Source: the human T2T-CHM13v2.0 reference genome, Homo sapiens
Assembly: GCF_009914755.1 (NCBI RefSeq)
Contig: NC_060930.1
Reading direction: 5' to 3' (one strand)
DNA length: 64,000 nt
Position 1 is the stretch's first letter. Every line of letters starts with the position of its first letter. The notes under the pieces were generated by a model, which saw only the letters and a list, made by a program, of their open reading frames with translations, did no database searches and was not told the origin of the DNA. The translations under genes were made by a program, and so were the position numbers. Below, piece by piece: positions 40,233 through 54,350 of this stretch.

Positions 40233-40587
<355 letters not shown>

Positions 40588-42563
40588 TTATGGATTTATG
40601 ATCACACCTCATAAATTTTCTTTTCCATGTCAAATATACTTTAACAAGCTCATTTTTCAAGGTTGGCCAGTATCTTATTGTTTGAATACACTATCATTTT
40701 AAAAAAAGTATTTGGGTATATTCAATTTTGCATTCTCCTATATACATTGATGCAACAAATTTGGGGGAAACAAAACATTTTTCCAATTATTTACCTGATA
40801 TAAAGCTGTAGAATTCAACTTGCTGGTCAAAGGATATTCAAGGGTTTTGATTAATATTGCCAACCCACCCTCCCAAATATTTATACCCATTTACACTTGC
40901 AGCAATTGAGTGCTCGCTTCATACTATTTTTCCACCTGAGAAAGTAATGCTGAGCTGAACTGAAAAAACACTTGTTTCTTAATTCACAGCACTATCCTAC
41001 GAAATGATTAGTAAAATCTACAATAGGGGCCAAAGTCAAATTTCTATTCCATTAAGATATATATAGAATAGACCACTGGCACAGTTATGTCACCAAGGAA
41101 CACAGTCCTTTACAAAATGCAATAAAATATAACTAAAAATTAAGCAACTCCTTTGGAACAATAATGAGAATTATTGTGGGGAGGGGGGTGGGAAAGAACC
41201 ACAAAGCAGTGAGGAGATGCATATGTTAAACAGTTGGTCACAGCCCACTCATTAGCACAGTCTCCAATCAGCCTCCTATGGAAACTTCCATGGGTACAGT
41301 CATGCTCACTCAAGGGTAGCCAAAACCAGAATGTTACATGTTAAAATACATAATGAAGAGGCCAGAAAAACATGAACACACTGCAACCTAGATGTTTTAG
41401 GGAGAAAAAAACAACAAAACTACATGAAGCCATTGTCTAACTGAATTATTTAGCTAGAAGTTGGAAGAGCTGTAGGCTCTACACTTTGACACTAACCAGG
41501 TGCATAGCGATATTACAGTGAAATCCACTGGTTTAGATGTAACAATCAGAACTAGGTGAACAAGGCAATTACATATTAGGGCACCTATTCAAGATAGGTA
41601 GATAAGAATCATTCAGTATTAACACATACAGAAAGTATAATTTTGCCACTTTGGGACTCAGCTCACTCATCTATAAAAATGAAAAGGCTGATCAACTTCT
41701 AAGATTCTCCTAAGCCTAAAAAGCCCTGCAGATCTCAGGCCATCTACAACCTTGGTGTTATTTCTTAACATTCTCTGTCTTCCTAAATTCATTCGTCCAG
41801 CAACCTTCAACTTTTTCATACTCCTAAAATGTGCCTTGCTCTCTGTGAGCCTCTTCCTAGACAGCATTCTGCAGCAGTTCTTGTTCACACCTCACCTACT
41901 TTAAGTACCCTTCATTCTTTAAGTCTGGGCTTAAACATCTCTTCCTCTGCAAAGTGCCTCCGCTGTAGTCTTCACCTTCCTTATTAAAACTGAATTCTTT
42001 TTGAATCACCTGTAATTATTTCTTTAATTTTCTGTCTCCCCTACTAAGTCACAAGCTCTCTGATGCCAAAGGCCATGCATATCTTGTTCACCATGGTATC
42101 CCTGTTTCCTGGAACAATTCTTGGCATTTGGAAGTTATCCAAATATTTGTTAAATGAATAATAATGGGATTGTGCTAAGTAAGCTAGTGAAAGACTCAGT
42201 ACTGAAAGCAATTTCTAATTTTTCCAAGTAGGTCATTAAAAATAAAATTAAATATGTTGTTATTTATTGCTTTCTTTACAAAGGCAAAAGAACCCTAAGT
42301 TTTAGGTTAATCTTGCCCCCTTTCCTTACTGCTTGTCGAAAGCCCCCAAGTTGTTAATGGAAATTTTATCACGTTAATTAATAGTATCACCAATAACTTA
42401 GTGAATACTATCATTTCAGTGAATATTGAAAGTGTGTAGTCACTTTTGAAATTGTTTTTCTTTTGTAATTATCTTAACCAGGTATAATATATGTAGTTAT
42501 AAATTATAAAATGAATATTGAAAAACAATGCTGCCCAACTGTATCCAACTCTAAAGAAAATAG

Positions 42564-42566
<3 letters not shown>

Positions 42567-42610
<44 letters not shown>
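42567..42610. repeat. (CA)n microsatellite
   Basis: About 22 CA units. Confidence 0.97.
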
Positions 42611-42612
<2 letters not shown>

Positions 42613-43959
42613 GCCGGCAAAGGATTTTCTCTAATACTAATACTTAACCATCTAATATCTAACAGTTAATGGTATGTACTGAGAGAAGTCCACATATGCT
42701 TTAAATTCACAACCCAAAAATTATGGATATAATTGTTAAAATCTAACATTTTTTTCAAATTTACCAATTTTCTCATTGTTTTAACTTTTAATATCAATTT
42801 TCTGATTTTCCCCAGATTAAATCGTTGTCAGATCATGGTCATGCAAGTGTTGAGAGGATGTCAGGAAATACACATTAATTATATACATTAAGTAATTTAA
42901 TGTTTATTTGTTTGTATTCCTCCAATATTACACTTCTATTGCTTTTATAGTCTTTTGAGAGAAAGAATTGAGTTTAACTCCTTGCTCTTCTGAAGTTTAT
43001 TGGGTAAAAGTAAAATTTTTAAGTAGAAAGTTTATGAGAAAACAAAGGTATAAAATTAGGGAAATATGAAGCATAATAAAAATCATTCAATAAATATTTA
43101 CCAAAACCTGCTATCATGCTATGTTTGGCGTGAGGAATAAGACAGTCTCAAAGAAACTACAGACTAGAGGAAGAAAACAACCACTGAAGAGAATCCCACT
43201 ATAGCTCTGGGAGGGATATGAAAGAAACAAATGCACAGGGGGCCATGTAGGCACTGAAAAGAAAGCCTAAAACTAGAGTTTTAGAAATTAGATTTTAAAA
43301 ATATATTAAAACTTAAAAACAGCACATGCAAAGGCCCAAAAGTAATGCAGAATATAGTGAATCGAATGTTTCAAAGTAGTTCAGCAATGAACTGTGGGGT
43401 ATGTGTGTGTGTGTAGGCAAAAACAAAGAATAGGAAAATAGGCTGGTTCCACATCTAGCATACAGGTGGACTATCAAGGGAAAAACACCTGATAACCTGG
43501 ATAAATATTACAGGCATCCTTCCACTCATTTAGATGAACTCACAAGAAAATAAAAGCAATCTCCAAGGCCAAAAAAAAAAAAAAAAGAAAGAAATTGCAG
43601 AAAACCACATGGTAAAGTAATACTGAAGAGGAGACTGCCCTGAAGTCATGTGTTAATCTAAGTGGCTTAGAGTCTTAGATTCTAGCAGCCCTGTGGGGAA
43701 CAGGGGACAAGGCCTTTGAGACTAAGCAAGGTGACTAGTTGGAACTAAGACCACCATATAAAGCTAGGATCCTCAAAGGGTTACTCCCTTAGTAAAATTA
43801 AGAGAAAAACAAAAACAAAAAAGAATACCTCTCAGCAAAAGGAGACGAGGGAAAATGTGTTCTGCTCTTCCTAGGCTCTGGGTAGATAAGGGAAAAAAAT
43901 ATCTGGGGCATTTGTAAGCATAGCTTTCCCCCGATGAACTCTGTGATTCAAATTTATAC

Positions 43960-44262
43960 TACAGATCCACACTCCAATATCTAAGACCCTTAGGGCAATA
44001 TATGTTTCAGAGTTCATGAGTTTGCAGATTCTACAAAGGTATTATGGTACAGACATCATATATTAAGTAACACCTCACTATAATCTGAACAGCATACCAT
44101 AATATGACAATATTTTTATAGCTTAACATATGACTCATCATGATAGGCAGTATATAAAGACTATATATGGTCAACTTTTCCTATGAAATGATTTACAAAA
44201 ATAATTTTGGTTTTCTGAGCATTTTTAATTTTCAAATTACAGATAAGGATTATGGATCTGGA
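43960..44262. mobile_element. MER46/Tigger4-like MITE inside an old L1 region
   Basis: Ends acagatccac... and ...gataaggattatggatctg are inverted-repeat-like. Confidence 0.5.
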
Positions 44263-44379
44263 CCTGCACTGGATGGGAAGCTCCAAGGGCATAATTCAAC
44301 TTCAGGTGCTCTCAGAATGGCAGCACCTGTGGAACCTCTCTGAAGCAAAATCTTTCTAGGTGACCCCAGGCTCCCTAGG

Positions 44380-45560
44380 ATTCCCACAAATGAAGTACTA
44401 GCCAACATGACCTCAGAGTCTAAAATTACAAAACACATGAGGAATCATGATTGAACATCAGGCAAAAACAATAGAAACAGAACTTCATGTGATAGATCTA
44501 TGAAATATAGAATATAAAATTAGTTTTGTTTAAAATGGTAAAGAAATAAAAGAGGAACTCAAAAATGTTAGCAAGAAACATACATTATCCAGAAAATGGG
44601 CAAATTTGAAAAAATTCAAAAACAAAAAATATAAATAAATAAAGTAAAAAACCAAGAATGCATAAAAGCAGACAAGACACAGCTAAACAGAGAATTAATG
44701 AACTAGAAGGTATCTGAAAAACAAATCATGCTGAACAGAAAAGAAAGCATTAGAAAATACAAAAGGTATATTTAGATTTGTACGGATGTAATAAAGTCTA
44801 ACATATTTCTAATCATGTTTGAAGGACATAAAAAGAAAGAGAATGAGAATAAGCAATAATCAATGATAACTGAAAAGCTGAGAATTTTCCAGACTTGATG
44901 CGAGACATACATTCTCAGATTTAAAAAACCCAACAAATTCCAAATAGAATAAACAAAAAACAATGCCACATCTAGACACACATCCACTAAAGAAGGACAA
45001 GACAAACAGAAGATTTGAATGCAGCCCCCGTCAAACAAAGGAATTACCTAAAGACAGGTAGACAGATAAATTCTCCTAAAAGCAATAATAGAAGGCAGAT
45101 GACTGAAATGTTATCAAAGTGAAAATAACTGTCATTCTAGAATCTTATATACAGATACACTGTCCTCAAAATATAGTTCAAGAAAAGGATATAGTTCAAG
45201 AAAATCTTATATATGATGAAGGAATGGTGAGCAAAGAAGTCAGTTACAAGGTAGGCACATCTAAGTAAACACTGCCTTCATCAAATAATAATGTACAGCT
45301 TTAGGGGTTAAAACTACAGTGGAATTAAAAACACTGAATAATAACAGCACGTAAGACAGAAGTAGGTGATTGAAGTTAAAAGTTCCTAAATTTCTTTTCG
45401 TGGGAAGAAAAAAGAGATATTGATCAACTTCAGACTTTACATATGCATATTAAAATTTTAAGACTAATCACTAAAAGAACAGAAATAGTATATATGCCTT
45501 CCAAACTACAGAAAGAGAAAGTTGGAATTAAAGGAAAAACTGATACAATTAAAAGGAGGG
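44380..45560 (+). mobile_element. Old L1M ORF1-region remnant
   Basis: A-rich: agacacagctaaacagagaattaatgaactagaag...gctgagaattttccaga...acatctagacaca. Confidence 0.65.
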
Positions 45561-45857
45561 GGCAAAAAGAAGCATGGAGAAGAAGGGCCAAATCACTGGC
45601 AATACATGTGGAATTGTTATACTGGTGGTAGCAGCAATAATAGTACTAGTAATGTTTATTATTAGTAGTGGTATTAATAACTGATTGTTATTGCATATTT
45701 GTGTGTCAAGTTCTGAGCTGGGTATTTTACATGCATTATCTTATGCATTACTCACTAAAAGTGAAGTAGGTACTATAATTAATCTTCATTTTACAGATGA
45801 GGCTTATTACTGATCTAAATCAAGCAGAAGACAACTAAAGAAAGAGATTTCAGATAG

Positions 45858-46141
45858 TTTTTTGTTTTGTTTTGCTTTGTTTTAGACAGGGTCTTGCTCT
45901 GTCACTCAGGCTGGAGTACAATGGCATGATCATGGCTCATTGCAGGCTTGACATCCTCTGCAGCCTTCCAAGTAGCTGGGACCATGGGTACACATGATCA
46001 TGCCTAATTTATTTTATTTTTTATAGAGATGGAGTCTCCCTATGTTGCCCAGGCTGGTCTCAAACTCCTGGGCTAAACTGATCCTCCTGCCTTGGCCTCC
46101 CAGAGTGTTGGTATTACAGGCAAGAGCCACTGCATCCAGCT
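45858..46141 (-). mobile_element. AluJ
   Basis: agacagggtcttgctctgtcactcaggctgg...aactcctgggct. Confidence 0.9.
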
Positions 46142-46677
46142 CAGAGGGTGTTTAAATAATTATCACTCACTGGATTTGAGGGATGAGGGATAACTCTCAA
46201 GTTAGTGACTTGGGCAATTGAGTAGGCAATGCCTGGCATCCGATAGCAATTCTAAGATTTCATGCATGAATTATGCCATTCAAAGACATAGAATATTTAA
46301 AGAGGGGTACAGTTGTGTCTGTTTTCTTTGAAATGGTGAGTAAAACACTGTTTCAAGCAGCTTGATTGTGGGAAAAAAGAAAAAGCAAAGAATGACAGGT
46401 TGGTTGTTGAAAAGCTATTATCAAGATAATAGAGGCCAAAGAGACATGTGTGTGGTTTGTTTGTTTTAAATGGAGATACTTGAAAATACTTATAAGAGAG
46501 ACAGAAGATGTTAAAGATAGAGATGACAGAGAGAATAACTCATGTAGAAAGGACAGTTGTAATTTAAAATAAAAAATGCTAAGCCTAGGAGAAAAATCAA
46601 ATGGTGAGACCCAAAAGCAAAACTACACCAAGCAGGGAGAGACCTAGCTTCTCTCTCTCCTGAGTAGCCAGGAATGA

Positions 46678-46989
<312 letters not shown>

Positions 46990-49900
46990 TGAAAATTCTT
47001 GAGAAAATGCTAGATCCTCCTTAAAAATGAATAATAAAGAAGGCTTCTGTCTGTACACAAGGAAGAGGAGGATCCTCACACATCTGGGACAAATGAAGAG
47101 ATGGCAGAAAAACAGCTAGAAAGACTGTGGGCTTCAGGGTACAACTGTCTCTGGTTTGTGCTTTCACCCAATTGTTTCAAGGAAGAGTCGTAATTTCTTA
47201 CAAATCATTGTGCAATTGACACAGGGTATACCATTCAACCAATCTTCCCTTGGTGAGAAAGAAAAAAATAGGGTAACTCCCACATTACATAAATGCCTAA
47301 GAAAAAACACAGCCAACATTCCCCTTCATAAATAAACAATACATTTTTCTAAAAAGAGAAAACATTATAAAAGAAATGAAACTAAGGATAAATGTTTTTA
47401 ATGGCAAGGAATTTGATTTTTCAAATTATTTAAATGCACTATGATTATGTTTGAAGGTTCTCTTAGTAGATGCTGGCTCAGGAGTTGACTCACTTAAAAT
47501 ACAACTCTGTAAGGAAAGCACCCTCGGCCCCTAGGGAATAGGGTTATATGTCACTTCTGACCTTCTTTACCAAGATAAGCTCCAAAGAACACCCTATCCC
47601 AGCATCAGTCAATTGAAGGGAGGAGGTAAGGTATTAAAGGATATTTATTTATGAAAAGCTAAAAGAGAGGTCCATGGCAACTAAGTACACAGATTAAATT
47701 ACAAATAAATCTTTAACCACCATTTATTAAACATTACAACTAATGTGGCAATATATCAAGAAATTTAGATTTTAATTTAAAATGCTACAAGCTAATATTG
47801 CAATTAGGATATGAATTTGCCTACTATCTATATAATGTTTAATATTTTTCCATATCAACATTTTAAATCACTAAAACAACTTTTTAAAAATCAAATTGAG
47901 TTATCAATTTTATTCTAAGAAAGTATCTGCTAACCACACCAACTGCAAAAACTGAAAAAAAAAAAATCTAAAGTGACCCAAATATATTTAACATTATACC
48001 ATTAAAAAAAGATTCTTTTGAAAATGAGAAAGTAAAAAGATCTGGAAAAAAAACCCCTATTGTTCCACTAGCTGCTATAAATTCTGTTTAATTATTTTTG
48101 TGTCATTTTTAAAGCATGCTCCCTCCTATTACCTAAGACTGTTTGTCACTCTGCTTCCCCTGCTCCTGCCAACCCTGATCACATGGTCTCTTCTCTCCCC
48201 TCCTAGGACACTGAGCATCTTCGAGAATGTCACAGAATCACACACGTTGGGCCCATTACACATGTATGGTATGAATTATAATCATATTAAATGCTTTTCA
48301 GAAGTGCATCTCCCCCATCTCTTCACCCTTGGGCTGGGTCTTCTGGTAAAATCAAGAGGAAGGAACAGATTATGTTCTGGTACAGTAAAGTGAGAGGGTG
48401 TGTTTTTTTTTTTTTTTTAAACTAATAGTTAAATGAAAACAAAAATCAGATTAAAATATATTTACAGCAAGTTAGTACACTTCTCAAATTCAAAGTTACT
48501 CTAGTGTTTAGTAATCTTTTACACATTGTTCTACTTAATTTTATTCAGTAAACTTTGCTTACTTTTTGGATCTTTCAGCACTTACTGAAAGCCCTACTAA
48601 ATTATCACAAATATAAATATATGGTGTCTACTGAATTAGTGTGCTAACAGAACTTCTATGAATTAAAATATATTTCATATTTACTAAGCACATTTATGCA
48701 AAGAAAACTCACTTTTAGGTTTAAATTTTCGTTCTATTTTTACTCACAAAATTTCTTACTTTTTTTGCAGATACTTTATGAATAAAATTAAAGCAGCAGG
48801 AATTTGGGTTGATGTGCCAGTATTTGTCTTGAATCAAAACTCAGTACATGTCTCCTACTACCTTTACCAGATAGTCTTATAAGAAACATAATCTTTTTCT
48901 TTTTCATAATTTGGGAGGAACGGAATCATTAGTAAAATTCTAGTATCTCTCAAACATCAGATTCAGAACTTGAAGCACTTGCTTTTCATGTGGGATAAGC
49001 TCATTACTAAATAGCTTCAAGTGTTTAATACGGAAAAAATAGGATTACTGAAAACCAAATTGGCTTTTCATAAGGTTTGTTTTGATGTTAACAGTAATGT
49101 CTAGGTTTGAATTCTGATTATCATAAATAGGATACTTTAACAATGTAGCATATATAGAAATCACTCATAAGCACTATTAACTGAAATGAATCACATGGCA
49201 GGGCTGCAAAACTTTCCAATTTACACCTGCAGATGTTACTTTGGACCAACTCTATTTTATTGTTCAAGCTTGACACAATACTGGGTAGGTACTGGGTGCC
49301 TATTACTACCTGATCTTTTTACTTTATTATTTGACTTGGGCTATCCCTTAGGGCATCACATACAAAATAGAAAAAACAGACAACACTGAAGTGTCAAACA
49401 GTTGTAACTAAAAAGGTAAATACTCATTGAGTCCTGGATGTTTTATATGCTAGCAAATAGGTACAAAAAGTTACAAGGGAAAGGAGGCGAGGATGTACAG
49501 GTGGACCCAGAAAAGTTAATGTCAAACCAATATTGGTTAGGTATTTAATTTTCACATACAAAGGGCAACATCACTATAGTCGAGTATGGAAAGAAAGTTT
49601 TACATAATCCAAAAGTGCCATAAAATATATAATCCTTACTTAGATTATTAGGTGCTGTCACTGAAAAAAGAAAAAAAATCTGGGAATAAATGTATATAGT
49701 TTCTTCATCTCGACCTTTTCACCAGATATAATTCTGCCCTCAGATGTTAACAAATCATTTCTTCAAGTGTATAAATCATATATCTTTAAGAATCATTTTA
49801 TAAGTCACCATGACTAACAATAATAATTTTCTTGGCCTATCAACCTAAAGAGAAAAGAATTTATCATTTAAACCAGTACCTTAATATTAAATACATATTT

Positions 49901-50763
49901 CATAAGGATTTTGAGCCCAATTAATCCAATACCTTTAAAAAAAAATGACAGGACCATAAATCTGTTTTTATAATCTTCCAATCTAAACTCCAAACTAAAA
50001 AGTTATATACAAATCAAACTAGTAATAAATTGAAATTGTTTTTGTTTCAAACCCCCAAACTCTATATTTTGTGCTCTTTTTCTCCCAACCAGTATTTAAT
50101 ATTTTCAAAACTAAAACACCAACTACTTGAGAATCTTCAATGCCTATAAAGAAACTTAATTATGTGTTTGCATGTTTTAATAACAATTCACTTTTATAAC
50201 TGGTGTTTACTGAAAACCTGTGAATAAATTACTGAGGTAGTTTACTGTTTCTTTAAAGGAACTTCACAAAGAATTCTGAGCAAAGATGTCCTCTTAATAA
50301 TGCATATAACATATACATTCAGGTTTTCCATATCATCTTCTCTTAGAATAGTACATATTAGTAATGTGATAACTATGTCTCCAAATTCCATCCAAAAGTT
50401 GGTTTTAAGTAGAAGATGTTTTATTTTATGACTTATTAGAAAAGTAAAACATTAAAAAGAAAAACCACTAACCAATACTCCTCAGTGCTTGGTTTTTGGT
50501 CATTTTTTTATGCAACAGAATTAAAATATTTTCATTCAATTTTTTCATGATAGAATTAAAATTTTTTCATGCATATTATAAAGACTGCAATATGTACGCG
50601 GATTTTGATGCTCAATTCCACAGAAAGCTATGCAAGCAAGGTGGGTGTTTTAGAGATTAGACCATTTAGGTTAATATGGTTCATTTTCTCTCCTCTCTCA
50701 ATAAAGTATATTACTAATCTACAGATGGCAGTTAAGTGTACTGGTTAAAAGCTATGAAAGTTT

Positions 50764-51067
50764 GGACAGGGGAAGTAGCAGCTCACTCCTGTAATCCCAG
50801 CACTTTGGGAGGCCAAGGTGGGCAGATAACCTGAGGGAAGGAGTTCAAGACCAGCCTGGCCAACATGAAGAAACCCCATCTCTACTAAAAAAAATACACA
50901 AAAATGAGCCAGGCGTGGTGGTGCATTCCTGTAAGTCCCAGCTACTCAGGAGGCTGAGGCAGGAGAATCACTCGAACCTGGGAGGCTGCAGTGGGCCGAC
51001 AATGCACCACTGCACTCCAGCCTGGGTGACAGAGTGAGACTCCATCTCACAAAGAGAAAAAAAAAAA
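50764..51067 (+). mobile_element. AluS with TSD, inserted in a MIR-like segment
   Basis: aaaagc(t/c)atgaaagtt flanks both ends. Confidence 0.92.
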
Positions 51068-52757
51068 GCCATGAAAGTTAATTACCCTCCCTGAACCCAT
51101 TAAGTGATGAAAGATTAATAATATAAAGTTCAGTTCGTGCTATATAGTAACTGCTCAATAAATGTTCAGCTCTTATGACCATTCATATTAATAATTCAAC
51201 ACCAGTTCCTATTTCAGCTGCTTTCTTTTATAACATGGAATCTTCCCCCTATTTTCCACATCTTAGAAATCATATTGGAAAACCTCCTACCTTCAAATTT
51301 TCAAAAGACTTTTCCACTAAAATACTAATGTGACTAAATATTTAGATCTGGAGAAGTCAGCCTTTATCTGAATGATGTTTTAATGAAATGTTCAAACCTG
51401 TGAATGTTCTCTGAAATATATCAGTATACTGATTTATCATTTTAATTATAGATCAGCATGTAGCAAATTCATAACCTATACCTTTCTTATTATGAGGATT
51501 TTCTAGACTGATATATACCTTTAAGACATGAATCATTCTTCCAGAGTTGGGGAAACTGATGGGAAAATGGCTAAATGATTCAGCATGCTGCAGCAAAGTG
51601 ATCTGGTCACAAATTTACAATTTCTACTTCTCTTAGGTGCCCTGGCCCTGGTGGCCTCTTTCATCCTGTACTGCATATATAACATATAATGCTGTAATCA
51701 ATAAATTTAGTTAAACATTCCCTTGGGAAAGGCATAATGGTACTTTCCCCTCCGATGAGCTTCTAGAAACAAAATTATTCAATTCTATGAGACAACAGGT
51801 TCACAAGGCTGGACAACTCTTACAATGTCCAGTTGTAAGCTTCATCAAGCTTCGCTTATGCAGATAATAGGGCTAGAGTGAATTCTGACACTGGTGCCAT
51901 TTTCTTAGCTGCACAAAGGAAATAGCAGGAAAAAGACCCAAGACCAAAAAAACCCAGAAGATGGGCAAAGGAAGCCAGCTGAGGAAATGGCTGTGGCCAT
52001 ACCTGTGTCTCTCATGCCAACATTCACCTTTACCAAAAACATCACAATAGAACAGAAGATCCTAAGCAGGTCAAGAGAACTAAATAGCAACTGCTGAACA
52101 TACACTCATATAGCCTGACTTATGAGAAACCTCACCACCCAAAGCAGGTGAAAGCCTTTTTCTTTTCTAAGTGCCTCTGTTTATCCTTCGGTGACAAAAG
52201 ATTTACTGTTAATTAAGGTATTTCAGAAATATATAGATTCCAGAGTAGAATAAAGCCTTTTCCATCAAATAACCAGTTACAAAAATAATATTAAGAATTA
52301 AACGGTTTCATCTAAAATTGCACCATCTCAGATGCTGGGGAAGTACATCCATTTTGTGACCATAGCATAGTCATCTCACCCAGCATTTTCTGAGAATGGG
52401 ACAAAGTGTGCCAGGATGTGTAAAATGAAATTGCCATAGCTATGAAGTCCAATTTCCTCATTCAGTACCTTGAATTTATTTCAGTTTGGTATGGTAACAT
52501 ACCTCACACACACACACACACACCCATACTCACAAAAACAATCCTCAGGAGCAACACTTAAAAAGATTATACTACCTTAGAACTATCTGAAATGTATTTA
52601 GGAAAGAACTAGGGTGACAAGTTTGACCTTCCATAAATTCATCTTTTTTTTTTTTGACTGTGCAACCTCTAATTTCCTCTAATTTGGAGAAGGGAGGGTG
52701 GGTGGAGAAAGAAAAAAAGGTGAAAAACATCTAATTCAGTGTGTACAATCTCTCTCT

Positions 52758-52804
52758 TGTGTGTGTGTATATACATATGCGTGTGTGTGTGTGTGTGTGT
52801 GTGT
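52758..52804. repeat. Interrupted (TG)n microsatellite
   Basis: tgtgtgtgtgtatatacatatgcgtgtgtg... Confidence 0.9.
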
Positions 52805-53041
52805 ATTTTTCCCCCTCCACCAAGACCTTGGAGGTCAATAAGAGGAAAAAATGGCTCACAAGACAAGGTTTCATGGCTAACCCAAGGGAACACCTTCACA
52901 GCTGAAGAATTTCAGCTCAGGGGCAACCTGGCTGGGAGTATCAGAGGCCACAGCATTATGGACCAAGAGCGCAGGCCGCACCACCAGCATCCCAGGCGCC
53001 TCTGCCGTGCGCATGTCCCTCTTATATAAAGAGATGCTTAC

Positions 53042-53171
53042 AGTCCAGGTGCTTTTTCTTGGGGCCCATTACTTCATGAGTAGTGGCTTTGCAGACCGCT
53101 CTTGCTACAGCAGAGCCTGTAACGCTGTACTGAGCGGCGGCGATCCGATCCGTGAGCGTTTGGCCCGACAT
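53042..53171 (-). CDS. SNAP91: SNAP91 first coding exon (exon 2), codons 1-43 plus 1 nt; includes the PI(4,5)P2-binding K28/K38-K40/H41 motif
   Basis: ATG at 53171 (AAGATGT). Donor GACT|gtaagc. The exon begins at 53201 after ttgtttcctgcag, giving 30 nt of 5'UTR with an in-frame TAG at -18. 130 coding nt. Confidence 0.97.
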
Positions 53172-54087
53172 CTTCTGTGGTCGCGTCTACCGCCTCCTCT
53201 TCTGCAGGAAACAAGGGGAGACGGTCCGGCTTTAATCCGCAGACCCTACCCTCCAAGCACCCAGGCCTTGCCTCCTCCAGCCGCGCGGCGGCTCTCTCCT
53301 CCTCCATCCCCACCCTGGCACCACCTCTCGGAGCCAGCAACGCGCCAAGCCCCGCTCCTGCGATGCGGTCCAGGGAGTCTTGGCCGTGAGTAGGGCCGTC
53401 ACGGAACCCCAGCGTGGGCTCCAGTCGCAGCATCGTGACACCGTCCCCATTCTCCCCCGGCCCCCACATAGGGCCAGACTCACCCCCTGGGGACCCCCCT
53501 GTCAATCAGCACTTTCCCCGCAACCTGACCCGCGGGTGCTGGACTAGCCACAACGTGCGTTGGGGTTATTCCCTGGGCGCCGCACCCACCGGTGCCCATC
53601 TCCCACCTCAGCAGACTTTCCTCCTAGCAGCCCGCAGGCTTCGGGGAATGCATCGGATACCCAAGCCCTGGCTGCCTCCCTCCTCCTCCTCGCGCTGCTG
53701 CAGCAAAGGGCTCGTCCTCCCTCAGTCGCGAAGGAGATTATCCTAGCGTTGCGCCATGTTATGCCCTCGCCTCCCCTTCCTTCCTCGCCGCCGGCTCCAA
53801 AGCCTCGCCGAGGCCCATCGCCCGGGCCCCTTCCCCCCGGTTCCAAATCCCTGCCGCAGGGGCCGCCCGGGAGCTCTGCGGAGGCGCCGGAGTCTTGGGG
53901 CGCCTCACCCTTCCTGGCTTTGGAGAGGAGCCGGGCTGACAGCGAAGCCCAGTCCCCCGCCCGCCCTGAGCGCTCCGCGGAGCTGTCACTCGGCCGCTGC
54001 CCTTCTCCGCACCCTGGGATTATCCTCTGCGGATCCCCGCGAGACCCTGGCGCGGGGAGGGGGCCGAGTACCGCCGCGGGTACTCAC

Positions 54088-54350
54088 CCCGCCCCTGAGC
54101 GGCGCCGCCCGCCGCAGGATGAGCGGAGCCCGGGCCGCCGAGGGAAGCCGCGCCGGTGGATGTGTGCGACCGCGCGCAGCCCCGGTGCCCCCGGGCGCAA
54201 AGTCTCCAGCCCTGGCCGGGCCCCGCTCCTCAGCTCCGCGGTCCCGGCGCCCACCGCCCCTGGCCCCTGGCCCCAGAAGCCAGTACCCGCCCGCCGCCGC
54301 CTCTTCTGCCAGCGCCGCCGCGTCTCTCTAGCGCTCCGAGCTGCGTCCCC
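54088..54350 (-). other. SNAP91: Probable non-coding first exon of SNAP91 (5' end approximate)
   Basis: Strong donor CGGG|gtgagt at 54088/54087 inside the CpG island, upstream of the exon 2 acceptor. Confidence 0.7.
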
